64,000 nt of DNA from a virus (Duplodnaviria > Caudoviricetes). The notes beneath the pieces are model-generated. The model searched no databases, was not told the DNA's origin, and worked only from the letters and a program-made list of their open reading frames with translations. Positions 38,999 to 47,403 of this stretch are shown one piece after another. The position numbers were made by a program, and so were the translations under genes. The DNA lies in IMG/VR virus record IMGVR_UViG_2879462666_000008, positions 1,116 through 65,115 of that record; one strand, 5' to 3'. Numbering within the stretch: the first letter of the stretch is position 1; each line of letters opens with the position of its first letter.

Positions 38999-39664
38999 TC
39001 ACTCCCCTTCGATTACTTTGCGCCATCCGTCAATTACCGCCGACACTCCACTCGAGCCGAATCCGCCAGCCCCACGCTCGCTCTCCGCTAATTCCGTGAC
39101 AACTTCGAAGTTAACGCGCGGATACGGGATGATGAACGCTTGGCAAACGCGATCTCCTTTGCGGATAATGTATGACGCGTTAATCTCGTCCTCACGCGCT
39201 AACCGTCCGGTACCATTCACGTAGAATACTAAGTCGTTCGTAACTGGCACATCGTGACCGACCGCGATGTTATCGAACATCATCGCAACCTCTCCGCGAT
39301 AATCCGCATCAATAACGCCAATTCCGTTCGGCTGCCGGAGCTTCGTATTAAGCGCGATGCCCGACCGCATACATACGAGCATTACGTAGCCCGGCGGAAT
39401 CTCGAACGCGAGTCCTAACGGAACCTTAACCGTATCGCCTGGCGAAATTACCGCGTCTTCTACCGCGACTAAATCGAAACCCGCCGCTAGTTCCGTTGCA
39501 TATGCGGGGATTTTGGCGTCCGGATGCAGGCGCTTAATCTTAACGTTGATATCGTTGTTCACACGTTCACCTCTCCGTAATTTATCGAGTAACTCCGTAC
39601 GCTTACGCTTTCTGTCCGCCATGATCTCGGCTTGCGGGCGGTCGATGATACGTTGCGCTCTCAT
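38999..39664 (-). CDS. dut: Trimeric dUTPase (alternative start GTG 39562)
   Basis: AGFDL, RSG, GVIDADYRGE, GDRVCQ, RGAGGFGSSG. Confidence 0.93.
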   Translation of the reverse strand: MRAQRIIDRPQAEIMADRKRKRTELLDKLRRGERVNNDINVKIKRLHPDAKIPAYATELAAGFDLVAVEDAVISPGDTVKVPLGLAFEIPPGYVMLVCMRSGIALNTKLRQPNGIGVIDADYRGEVAMMFDNIAVGHDVPVTNDLVFYVNGTGRLAREDEINASYIIRKGDRVCQAFIIPYPRVNFEVVTELAESERGAGGFGSSGVSAVIDGWRKVIEGE

Positions 39665-40086
39665 TCCGCAGGTTCCATCGCCGTTATCCGCATGATTGTT
39701 CCGCCACAATGACCGCGACTTCTCTTAGCGGAGGATAACGAATCGTGCGCCTTAATCGACGGCTTCGCGCTGGAACCGCCGCCCTTCGGATATCCCGTAA
39801 CATTTCCGTTAGAATCAACGTGAGCCAGTACGTATAGCTCCTTCGCGATCTTAGGTTCCGGCGGGGACAGTTCCGCCTTAATCGCGTCGAGCATCCCCGT
39901 TAACTGCGCGAAGAGAACAGCGTCCGATTCAGCGTCTGATATACCCGTTGCAAATTCGTCTCCCGCCGCAATCAACTCGTCAATCTCCGCGTCCATTTCC
40001 TCCGGAATCTCGAATCCAGCGTCGGACAGCGTTATTGCGTAGGCGCCAAGTGCTACGATCATTGCCGTTAATTTAGCGTTCATCAT
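39661..40086 (-). CDS. Hypothetical protein
   Basis: Coupled ORF; GGGSS motif. Confidence 0.65.
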   Translation of the reverse strand: MMNAKLTAMIVALGAYAITLSDAGFEIPEEMDAEIDELIAAGDEFATGISDAESDAVLFAQLTGMLDAIKAELSPPEPKIAKELYVLAHVDSNGNVTGYPKGGGSSAKPSIKAHDSLSSAKRSRGHCGGTIMRITAMEPAE

Positions 40087-40385
40087 TCCGCGATCGCCTC
40101 CCGTTCCTCAATTACGTAAATCGCGCCGCGCTGTTCGATGATATCGTATTTAACCGCGTCGATAACGCCGCCCGGACGGAGTGTGACTTCGTGGCGGAAC
40201 GGTTCAGATGCGTTAGCCCAGCCTATCATCGCAAGCACACCGAGGACTCCCGCGATAACAAGCACGCCGGGCTCCGCTAAGATAAACGCTGCGATTAAGA
40301 AGAATAGCGCCAGAACTCCGATGATTATCGCAGCTATAATAGCAAGCGTGCTCGTCTCGCCACCATACGTATTCAGTACGTCCAT
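40083..40385 (-). CDS. Membrane hypothetical protein
   Basis: Two TM segments; KYDIIEQRG. Confidence 0.7.
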   Translation of the reverse strand: MDVLNTYGGETSTLAIIAAIIIGVLALFFLIAAFILAEPGVLVIAGVLGVLAMIGWANASEPFRHEVTLRPGGVIDAVKYDIIEQRGAIYVIEEREAIAE

Positions 40386-41323
40386 TAGGCAGCAACTCCT
40401 TTCGCGGGGACAGCGCTTCCTGCGTCAGCATTATAGTCAACGTCGGTGTCGTCGAGTATAATTCCGCGCTTACCAATAATCGAACCAATATGCGCTGTTT
40501 CACCGTGAATTACCGCTAAGTTTGACGGAACGAGTTTCCGCGTTTTCCCTTTGTATCTAACGATCATATTCGCGTTTTTACCACCCGGTTGCGGCGCGTC
40601 CGTATATTCGGTAGGCACCGCTAACCCAAGCGCCTTACGCAGCGCGATCGCTTTGCCGATTTCCGCGTGGAATACGTCGGCTGGCGAACACTTTGCGGTG
40701 AACTTCGCGTCAGGTACTCGTTCTAGTGACACTCCGTGATTCACCAACGCTGTCACCGTACGTTTATCCCGGTTAACGTGAAAGTTAGCGGCGTAGCAAC
40801 GGTTGTGGAACGGAGATTCTTTCGGAATGTCCGAGTAGATATCGCGACCAATCCGTAGCAACTCCGCAACGTCAGCGGTCGCCTTCGCGATAACCTGTGC
40901 GCGTGTCAACTTCGGAGTGCGTGCGATAACTGCGCCGGAATCTGCGACTGTAAACGGTGCGCCTACGATTCCTCCTACGCTGATGCCCGGCGGATCAATC
41001 TCCGGAAGTAGCTTGCGCAATTCATCCGCATTGTCCGCGACGAACTGGCGGAAGGCTGCGTAGAGGGGATCGGATGATAGCGGTGAGGGTGCGATAGACT
41101 CCGTGACGGGTTCGAGGACTACGTATTCGCCTACTACGATGCCCACCGCGCTTAGGCGTTCCGCTACTCCGATTACTGCGCCTTCATGTTCAGCGTGTGT
41201 TTCCGTTACAGTAAACACATCGCCGTTCTCATAGAGACCGCCAGTAGCCCACGCGTTTACTACCTTAATTCGTTCCCCCACCGCTGCCTTACGTTTAACT
41301 TCGCGATATTGTTGCGTTGTCAT
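40385..41323 (-). CDS. Hypothetical protein with N-terminal KOW/SH3-like module
   Basis: YREVKRKAAVGERIKVV; KRTVTAL...AKCSP.DVF...IGKAIALRKALG. Confidence 0.75.
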   Translation of the reverse strand: MTTQQYREVKRKAAVGERIKVVNAWATGGLYENGDVFTVTETHAEHEGAVIGVAERLSAVGIVVGEYVVLEPVTESIAPSPLSSDPLYAAFRQFVADNADELRKLLPEIDPPGISVGGIVGAPFTVADSGAVIARTPKLTRAQVIAKATADVAELLRIGRDIYSDIPKESPFHNRCYAANFHVNRDKRTVTALVNHGVSLERVPDAKFTAKCSPADVFHAEIGKAIALRKALGLAVPTEYTDAPQPGGKNANMIVRYKGKTRKLVPSNLAVIHGETAHIGSIIGKRGIILDDTDVDYNADAGSAVPAKGVAA

Positions 41324-41364
41324 TACTGAACCGCCTCCTCGTTTATATTGCGCGGCATCTGCGC

Positions 41365-41410
41365 CTTACATAGATAAAGCCGACGTGCTCGGAAGTCCCG
41401 CACACTTTTA
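41365..41410 (-). promoter_or_regulatory. Phage-specific promoter motif, copy 1
   Basis: Plus strand CTTACA-N3-ATAAAGyCGAC-N13-CCGCACACTTTT; same spacing at 52458 and 62842. Confidence 0.75.
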
Positions 41411-41507
41411 CGGAAACTTTTTTCGTCGTCCGCGCCTTACATAACGTATGGTGCCGCCGCTCCACACTTCGCACACTTTTAATGAAAAAAACGGAGAGTC
41501 GGCGAAA

Positions 41508-41672
41508 TTAATCGCTAACACTCCGTTTAAGGCGGCGCTGAGCCTCCGCCAGTTTCCGTTCATACTTCGCCGCCAGTCCGCGATGCACTTCGACCGCACG
41601 TTCAAGTCCCGCGATCTCGGCGAGCTGGGCGCGTTCGAGTTGCGTAGTGAGGCGGTCTGGAATACGCGTCAT
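41508..41672 (-). CDS. 54-aa coiled-coil protein
   Basis: ATGA overlap; MTRIPDRLTTQLERAQ... Confidence 0.5.
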   Translation of the reverse strand: MTRIPDRLTTQLERAQLAEIAGLERAVEVHRGLAAKYERKLAEAQRRLKRSVSD

Positions 41673-41854
41673 GTCTGCGTCCAGGCGGTTATTAACGCTG
41701 AGAACATAATACGTCCGCGAGGTTCCGTCGATTGCGAGTAATGTACGTCAATGTCGTACCCGCTATTTGCGTAACCGCTCAGCGCTTCGCTAACCGCCGG
41801 ACCAAAGCGCTCAACTCCCTGCGAAATGTGTGTATATCCAATGTATTCCCTCAT
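41669..41854 (-). CDS. Hypothetical protein
   Basis: Coupled ORF with GGAGG RBS. Confidence 0.6.
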   Translation of the reverse strand: MREYIGYTHISQGVERFGPAVSEALSGYANSGYDIDVHYSQSTEPRGRIMFSALITAWTQT

Positions 41855-42408
41855 GCCGCAATCCCTCCGATTTCATCGATTAGGTTCTCGCGCAGTAAAT
41901 ACGACAGACACACTGCGCATGCGTCCGCGTCATCGTATCCCGTCCGCCACTTAGTATCCGCAGGCAACCGCAGGTACTTCCGCACCGCTTCCGCGACTTC
42001 CGGTTTCTCCGCCTTCCCGTTGCCGGTTACGTATTTCTTAACCGACGTTGGGGCAAGCGCGGGCTTTAAGTCCTCCGCGTGGTAACCGTAAGCCGCGAGC
42101 GCTCTGTCTGCCGCTGCCCATGCGCTGAATATCGTTTGAGTCGCGCGTTTATTCCGTCCGGACGTAAAGTCTTCGCGAACTACGATATCGAACGGACGAT
42201 GCTCCCGAACGAAGTGACCGACAAACGTTTCGACCGTGTAGTTGCGTACGGCGTCCGTATCGGCCGTCGAAGTCGCTACGGAGTCACATGCGATAAGGTA
42301 CGGGGTTCTATTACGGACTTCTACCACAGCGATTCCGGGACTTAGCGATAAGTCGAGTCCGAGAACACGGAAGTTAGGAAGCGCGGGTTTCTTCGTCTGT
42401 TTCGTGAT
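41851..42408 (-). CDS. ruvC: RuvC-like Holliday junction resolvase, probable ATC start
   Basis: VLGLDLS lies upstream of the GTG at 42327; VVRE; PTSVKKYVTGNGKAEK; DDADA. Confidence 0.88.
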   Translation of the reverse strand: MTKQTKKPALPNFRVLGLDLSLSPGIAVVEVRNRTPYLIACDSVATSTADTDAVRNYTVETFVGHFVREHRPFDIVVREDFTSGRNKRATQTIFSAWAAADRALAAYGYHAEDLKPALAPTSVKKYVTGNGKAEKPEVAEAVRKYLRLPADTKWRTGYDDADACAVCLSYLLRENLIDEIGGIAA

Positions 42409-42586
42409 CGCTTCCGCCTCCTTCCGATATAAATCCGAGTATGAACGACCAAACGATGAGAAGCGCAGATATAACGCTGACGTACAATAGTCCGCACGTT
42501 AATAGCGAGAACCACACCAGGCCGCCGACCATAAGTGCGCCAATAAGTAATACGTAGAGGGTTCCGTTAATAATACGTTTAGTCAT
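42374..42586 (-). CDS. Membrane hypothetical protein
   Basis: Two TM segments. Confidence 0.6.
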   Translation of the reverse strand: MTKRIINGTLYVLLIGALMVGGLVWFSLLTCGLLYVSVISALLIVWSFILGFISEGGGSDHETDEETRAS

Positions 42587-42843
42587 TACGCCGCCTCCTT
42601 TCCGAATGTGTAAACGGTATTACTCGTAACAACGGAAACTACTCCGTCGCTATCCGCGATCGAACGTACGAATGACGTCCGCAGGATCTTGTTTCCGTCA
42701 TCGCGGTAACATACGAGCATAGGCGCGCCGACCTCGCAGCGTAAGATTTCTACGCGCTGACCTTTGCGTCGGGCTTCGCGTTCGTGTGTTGTTCCGTCGA
42801 GATTGCTTATCGATTCGATTACGTATGATTGCGGTGTCTGCAA
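42586..42843 (-). CDS. Hypothetical protein
   Basis: LRTS.V...T.NTVY.F. Confidence 0.65.
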   Translation of the reverse strand: MQTPQSYVIESISNLDGTTHEREARRKGQRVEILRCEVGAPMLVCYRDDGNKILRTSFVRSIADSDGVVSVVTSNTVYTFGKEAA

Positions 42844-42844
42844 A

Positions 42845-43861
42845 TTAGGCGGCCTCCTTCGCTTCTTCCTCGTACCGTATCCGCTGAATCTCCGTGAGCG
42901 CTTCGATAGGTCCTCGCTTCTTCCAATCCGGCAGACTCGATCGTGATATCGCGCTTACTTTCCGCTCAATGACCGCGATCTCATCCTCCGTTAATGACAA
43001 CGCACATGCACGCTTGAAATTGTTGAACGTAAAGTTTTCGATATCAAGGGGCGGCGGTATCTTCGCATTGACCGCGTGAACAATGTCCGCGAAGCCATCG
43101 AATACCTCTGCGCGCATCTCGTCCGTAATATACAGGCCGTACGCCTTGATGTCCGGAGTCTTCGCGATGTCCTCTGCGCTCATTTCCCACGCCTTTTTCG
43201 CGCAATTAACGTAGAGGATTACGTAATAATCGACTCCGTACATTCGCGAATAGCAGACCGTTTGCTTAACGTGCTTCGCCTCCGGACCATTACGTGTCGA
43301 GTATTCGGACGTTTTGGCTGACGTTGTCTGCTTCGATTTAACTTCGAGGCCGACGCGCAGCACCTCGCCGTCATCCGTCCGGTAAAGCATCATTCCGTCG
43401 CAGAATCCGAACAGCGAGAAAACAGCGCCGTTATGTGTAATATTCGTAAGGCCGGGCGCAAACTGTTCGAAGCGCGGCTCACCCAGCGCATTACGTTCGA
43501 ATACAAATCGCGGCTGATCGTAATGTTTCTCTGCGAATAATATATCGCGCTGAATCATATCGCCGACCTGCGTGCCGAGCCTAGTCCAGCGCCCTTTATG
43601 CGGAGATTGTACGGATACGTCCTTCTTCGCGCCGAGCGCCTTTTCGTAGAGTGAGCGCGGACATGCGCCTGCAGCTGACGGAGAGAAATACGGAATGTTA
43701 CGCGGCGGCCATACTTTGCGCGATTTATCCGTGAGGACAGCGGCGTACATTGCGTGAATCTGCGCGTCGAGTGCGTCGTCGTACACTTCTGGTGCGGAAT
43801 GCCAGGCGTTGAGATAATCCGTGAAGTGCTGTGCGATTTGATTAGCGATTGATTGTGTAAT
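42845..43861 (-). CDS. Cas4-like PD-(D/E)XK exonuclease, probable ATT start
   Basis: FSPS...CPR.LY; G.CDG; LEVKS; Q.VCYS; AAGGAGG-8nt-ATT in frame. Confidence 0.8.
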   Translation of the reverse strand: MTQSIANQIAQHFTDYLNAWHSAPEVYDDALDAQIHAMYAAVLTDKSRKVWPPRNIPYFSPSAAGACPRSLYEKALGAKKDVSVQSPHKGRWTRLGTQVGDMIQRDILFAEKHYDQPRFVFERNALGEPRFEQFAPGLTNITHNGAVFSLFGFCDGMMLYRTDDGEVLRVGLEVKSKQTTSAKTSEYSTRNGPEAKHVKQTVCYSRMYGVDYYVILYVNCAKKAWEMSAEDIAKTPDIKAYGLYITDEMRAEVFDGFADIVHAVNAKIPPPLDIENFTFNNFKRACALSLTEDEIAVIERKVSAISRSSLPDWKKRGPIEALTEIQRIRYEEEAKEAA

Positions 43862-43874
43862 TATGACCGCCTCC

Positions 43875-44129
43875 TTAGTATGTTTCGTGCGTATACGTGT
43901 AGATCCCGAGTTCGCCCGCTTTGGTTACGTAGGCGATCGCGTAACAGTCGATGTCGTAGCCGGGACTATCGAAGCCTCCGCAATATTCGTACATACACGG
44001 AATATCAAAGTGCTGCTTAATCGATTCTACCGCATATCTAAGCGCCTCTTCTGCGCCGTTGTCCGGATGAGACTCAGCCTCCTCGATTGCATGCGCTATC
44101 TTCGCTTCGACTTGCGCCTTGTCCGCCAT
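43875..44129 (-). CDS. Hypothetical protein
   Basis: AAGGAGG RBS. Confidence 0.65.
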   Translation of the reverse strand: MADKAQVEAKIAHAIEEAESHPDNGAEEALRYAVESIKQHFDIPCMYEYCGGFDSPGYDIDCYAIAYVTKAGELGIYTYTHETY

Positions 44130-44131
44130 TC

Positions 44132-44323
44132 TTACGCAGCCTCCTTTACGTATTCAAGCGCAGATTCCAACGCGCCTACAATGTCGTCACCGCAGTTATG
44201 CAACCAATCGCCCGCCTCCGAGAATCCGTAGTCGCCGCTATCAATACGCGTGAGCACGCGGGCGAGCCTTTCAATGGCGCTATCTACTTCCGCAATTACC
44301 TTCGCTTTGTTGGCGCTAGTCAT
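44132..44323 (-). CDS. Hypothetical protein
   Basis: AAGGAG RBS, ATGA overlap. Confidence 0.6.
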   Translation of the reverse strand: MTSANKAKVIAEVDSAIERLARVLTRIDSGDYGFSEAGDWLHNCGDDIVGALESALEYVKEAA

Positions 44324-44456
44324 TCCGCGTCATCTCCTTCGTTAATTTGCGCTCTTTCCCACCCGCAAGGGCAGCAGTGATCTCCGTATTCATCCGCTAG
44401 TACGCGAACCTGACGGCGGCACTGCGGACATGTGAACGTTGTGGTAGCGCGCTCCA

Positions 44457-45110
44457 TTAGGACGCCATCCGATACGGAAGCACTACGACGTCTATTCCGT
44501 TATCCTCATCGCGCAGAACGATCGGACTTAAATTGCCGGTCAATCCGATAGTTACCCGCTGAGATCCCGCGTCTTTGAATACGTTCAACGCGTTAAGCAT
44601 GTACTCCGCATTAAACGCTACCGCCATGTCCGGCCCGCTTAAGTCCGCGTTAATCCCGGCGCTAAACGATAACGCGGGAGAATCGTTCGTAACGGATAGC
44701 GTGGCGGCATCGCCTGCGTAACGAAGTAGCGCGAGGTTACGTTTGTCTCCGGCGGATAGCTTCGCGGCTTCGAGCGCAACCTTTACGCAGGCAATCGCGT
44801 CCTTTAAATCCGCCCGCGTAACCGTTTCGATAAGCGTAATCTGTGACGTAAAGTCCTGCGGAATTAAGCGCGATGTGTCCGGATACTGACCGTCAACGGG
44901 CGCGCCGGTCTTAGCGTGAGACGTAAATGCCTCCGCAAAGTTATGCGCGCCGCCGATCCGGAGCAACGTGTGGCGATCCGTTGCGACTACGGATCCATCA
45001 TCGAGGTAACGTACGCCCTCTAGTACGGGAGTGCCTCCACCCGGCTTAACCGTAAACTTCTTCGCGTGCTTCGTGATAAGTTCGAGTTTCTTCGCTTGTG
45101 ATATCGCCAT
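44457..45110 (-). CDS. DNA polymerase III beta-clamp-like protein (217 aa, about two domains)
   Basis: PVLEGV, VATDRHTL, GQYPD..RLIP, AFNAEYMLNAL, SPIVL, VVLPYR. Confidence 0.8.
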   Translation of the reverse strand: MAISQAKKLELITKHAKKFTVKPGGGTPVLEGVRYLDDGSVVATDRHTLLRIGGAHNFAEAFTSHAKTGAPVDGQYPDTSRLIPQDFTSQITLIETVTRADLKDAIACVKVALEAAKLSAGDKRNLALLRYAGDAATLSVTNDSPALSFSAGINADLSGPDMAVAFNAEYMLNALNVFKDAGSQRVTIGLTGNLSPIVLRDEDNGIDVVVLPYRMAS

Positions 45111-45112
45111 AA

Positions 45113-47380
45113 TTACGCAGCCTCCTTATTTTTGAACCATTCGTCTGGCGTTACGCCTTTACCCCAGCGCAGCATAATCGCGATATCCGTTCCGTTGGCT
45201 ACGTTGCCCCACGAATACGACTGCGTCATAATGCGCTCAATAACGGCGATGTCCTCCCGCGTAAATTCCTCCGGAATCTCGAACACCAATTCGTCATGAA
45301 TCGTTCCCCACAGCGCCCAGCCTTCGCGTTCCTCACACGCTTCGTGCGCTTTAATCATCGTTACTTTCGTTTGAACGGCGGAACTCCCCTGAACGCGAGC
45401 ATTCGTACCCTGGCGCATAGCCCGGTTAATCTTTCCGTTGTGCTTGCGCCACTCTTCGTACTTCGGATCATTCCACTTACCATACGGAATCTCCTTACGC
45501 TTAAGTGTTCCGTCGGGCAAGCGCCGTTTACGTTGCTGCTTATCCGCCCATACGAAACCGTACTTGGCGACGTGCTCCTCGTTAGCCTTGAGCCAGGCGG
45601 ATAATTTCGGCATCCCACCGAACAGCTCTTCTTTGAACGCGGTCGCTTCCGGTTTCTTTAGCTTGAGCATCTCCGCGAGTGAAAAGTCGCTCATCCCGTA
45701 CAATGTCGCCAGCCATACGACCTTCATCGCTTTGCGTTCCGGCGTATCTTCCCCGTTCGGCAGCTTATTAACTTCGTGGTACGGGCGCTTGTAGTACATG
45801 CTCGCCATGTTAGCGTACGGATCGATGCCCTTTTCGAACGCTTCGATTAGGACGGGTTCGCCCGATAAATAAGCGGTGCAGCGGATCTCTTGCGCCTTAA
45901 AGTCCGCCGACACCAGGACCTTACCTTCTGGCGCTAGGAACATCTTGCGCGCTTCCTCCGGCTGATTCTGAACGTTAAATTGATTGGAATCCGCGGCATC
46001 TTCGTCCTTGCCGGAGCTAAAGCGCCCGGTAACGGTTCCCATCGGATTAAACCGCGAGTGCCAGCGCTTAGTCGTCGGATTCTGTTTCGTCGGCAGCGCG
46101 TCGATGTACGTTCCGCTGAGCTTCGTTATCTTGCGGTATTCGAGTAAGTCCGCGATAACTTCGAACTCACGGCCCATAGGCTTGAGCGTCTTCTTAGCGT
46201 CCATATTCGGAATATCGCGGCCGATTTCTTTCGAGAGAACCGCCTTCATCTGCGGCGTAGAATTAAGGTTAAGATCACCGTCCCCTTCGTGATGTTTCGC
46301 CAGGACTTCGATAAGCTTCGTACGCAGCTCTTTGGCGCGAGCGCTCAATTGCTCACCGTATTCCTTTGCGAAGTCTAAATCGAGGATATATCCGTTAGCC
46401 TCCAAGTCTACGATTACGTAGAGCAACGGAACCTCAACCGTACGGTAATATTCGAGTACCGTCGGCAATGTAGCGAAGTGACCGCGCTGGAATTGATACA
46501 AGCGCCAAGTAAGATCGGTATCCTTAGCCGCGTATGCCAGCGCAATATCTAGCGGAATTTCATTGAACGGAGTCTTGCCGAATAGTTCCGAGAACGTATC
46601 CGACTCCACTCCGAGATATTTAGGCGCGAGGTCTTTTAAGCGGAACGACGGTTCGTTCTCGTTGAGTAGGTGCATCGCTACCATCGTATCCCACGTAACT
46701 CCGCGCAGATCCGAACCATGCCGCCGGAACATCGCGATATCGAATATAGCGTTATGGAGTATCTTGCCGATATCTGTGCTATAAAGGAACCAACGCAATT
46801 CCTGCAGTACGTAATCTCGCGATAATTGTTCGCCTTCATCGTGGCTGACCGGAATATAAACGTGCATTCCCTTTTCGGCTAACGGTGGAATGCTAACGGA
46901 AGGCAACGTTAATGATAGGCCGACAATCACGTCTGTATAAACGTCAACTCCCGTAGTTTCCGTATCGACCGCCACTTCCGTTTCATTGCGCAGCCTATCG
47001 TTGAGTCGCGCCAGTAGCTTCGCGTTATTAATCAAGAAGTAGTTTTTCGGAGTATGCGCGACCATATTACGTAATCTTTCCTCGCGGATCGACTCGCGCA
47101 AGTCATCGTAAATCCGCATAGCCTCCGCCTTGCTGAACCGTTTGCCGACGCTGGACGGGTGTCTGCCCGTCACACCCGTATCCATTGCGTCTTTTACCGC
47201 GATTAACTTTTCGCGATCGGCATCCGTATTCTTTAGCGCGAGTATGCGAACCCATGCGTCCGCTATCGTCTCCTCCGCCGCTTTCTTCCGTTTGGTGGCG
47301 CTGGCTATGCGGTCAGCTACGTCTTCCGGCGCTTCGGCTGCGGTCGGACTACGTAGATTAAGCGTTAATTTAACGTCCAT
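45113..47380 (-). CDS. polA: Family A DNA polymerase with 3'-5' exonuclease
   Basis: VDTETTG, HNAIFD, YAAKD, TVTGRFSS, ADFKAQEIR, K...LA.LYG, QGSSA, IHDEL. Confidence 0.95.
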   Translation of the reverse strand: MDVKLTLNLRSPTAAEAPEDVADRIASATKRKKAAEETIADAWVRILALKNTDADREKLIAVKDAMDTGVTGRHPSSVGKRFSKAEAMRIYDDLRESIREERLRNMVAHTPKNYFLINNAKLLARLNDRLRNETEVAVDTETTGVDVYTDVIVGLSLTLPSVSIPPLAEKGMHVYIPVSHDEGEQLSRDYVLQELRWFLYSTDIGKILHNAIFDIAMFRRHGSDLRGVTWDTMVAMHLLNENEPSFRLKDLAPKYLGVESDTFSELFGKTPFNEIPLDIALAYAAKDTDLTWRLYQFQRGHFATLPTVLEYYRTVEVPLLYVIVDLEANGYILDLDFAKEYGEQLSARAKELRTKLIEVLAKHHEGDGDLNLNSTPQMKAVLSKEIGRDIPNMDAKKTLKPMGREFEVIADLLEYRKITKLSGTYIDALPTKQNPTTKRWHSRFNPMGTVTGRFSSGKDEDAADSNQFNVQNQPEEARKMFLAPEGKVLVSADFKAQEIRCTAYLSGEPVLIEAFEKGIDPYANMASMYYKRPYHEVNKLPNGEDTPERKAMKVVWLATLYGMSDFSLAEMLKLKKPEATAFKEELFGGMPKLSAWLKANEEHVAKYGFVWADKQQRKRRLPDGTLKRKEIPYGKWNDPKYEEWRKHNGKINRAMRQGTNARVQGSSAVQTKVTMIKAHEACEEREGWALWGTIHDELVFEIPEEFTREDIAVIERIMTQSYSWGNVANGTDIAIMLRWGKGVTPDEWFKNKEAA

Positions 47381-47403
47381 ATATCCGCATCACCTCCGTT
47401 AAT

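Noticed and set aside
42845-43861. Cas4-like nuclease as evidence of CRISPR-Cas
   Set aside because: No repeat-spacer array or other cas genes seen; solo Cas4-like nucleases are common in phage replication modules
45113-47380. Possible intron or intein in PolA, TerL or the helicase
   Set aside because: The ORFs are continuous, of normal length, and show no intein motifs
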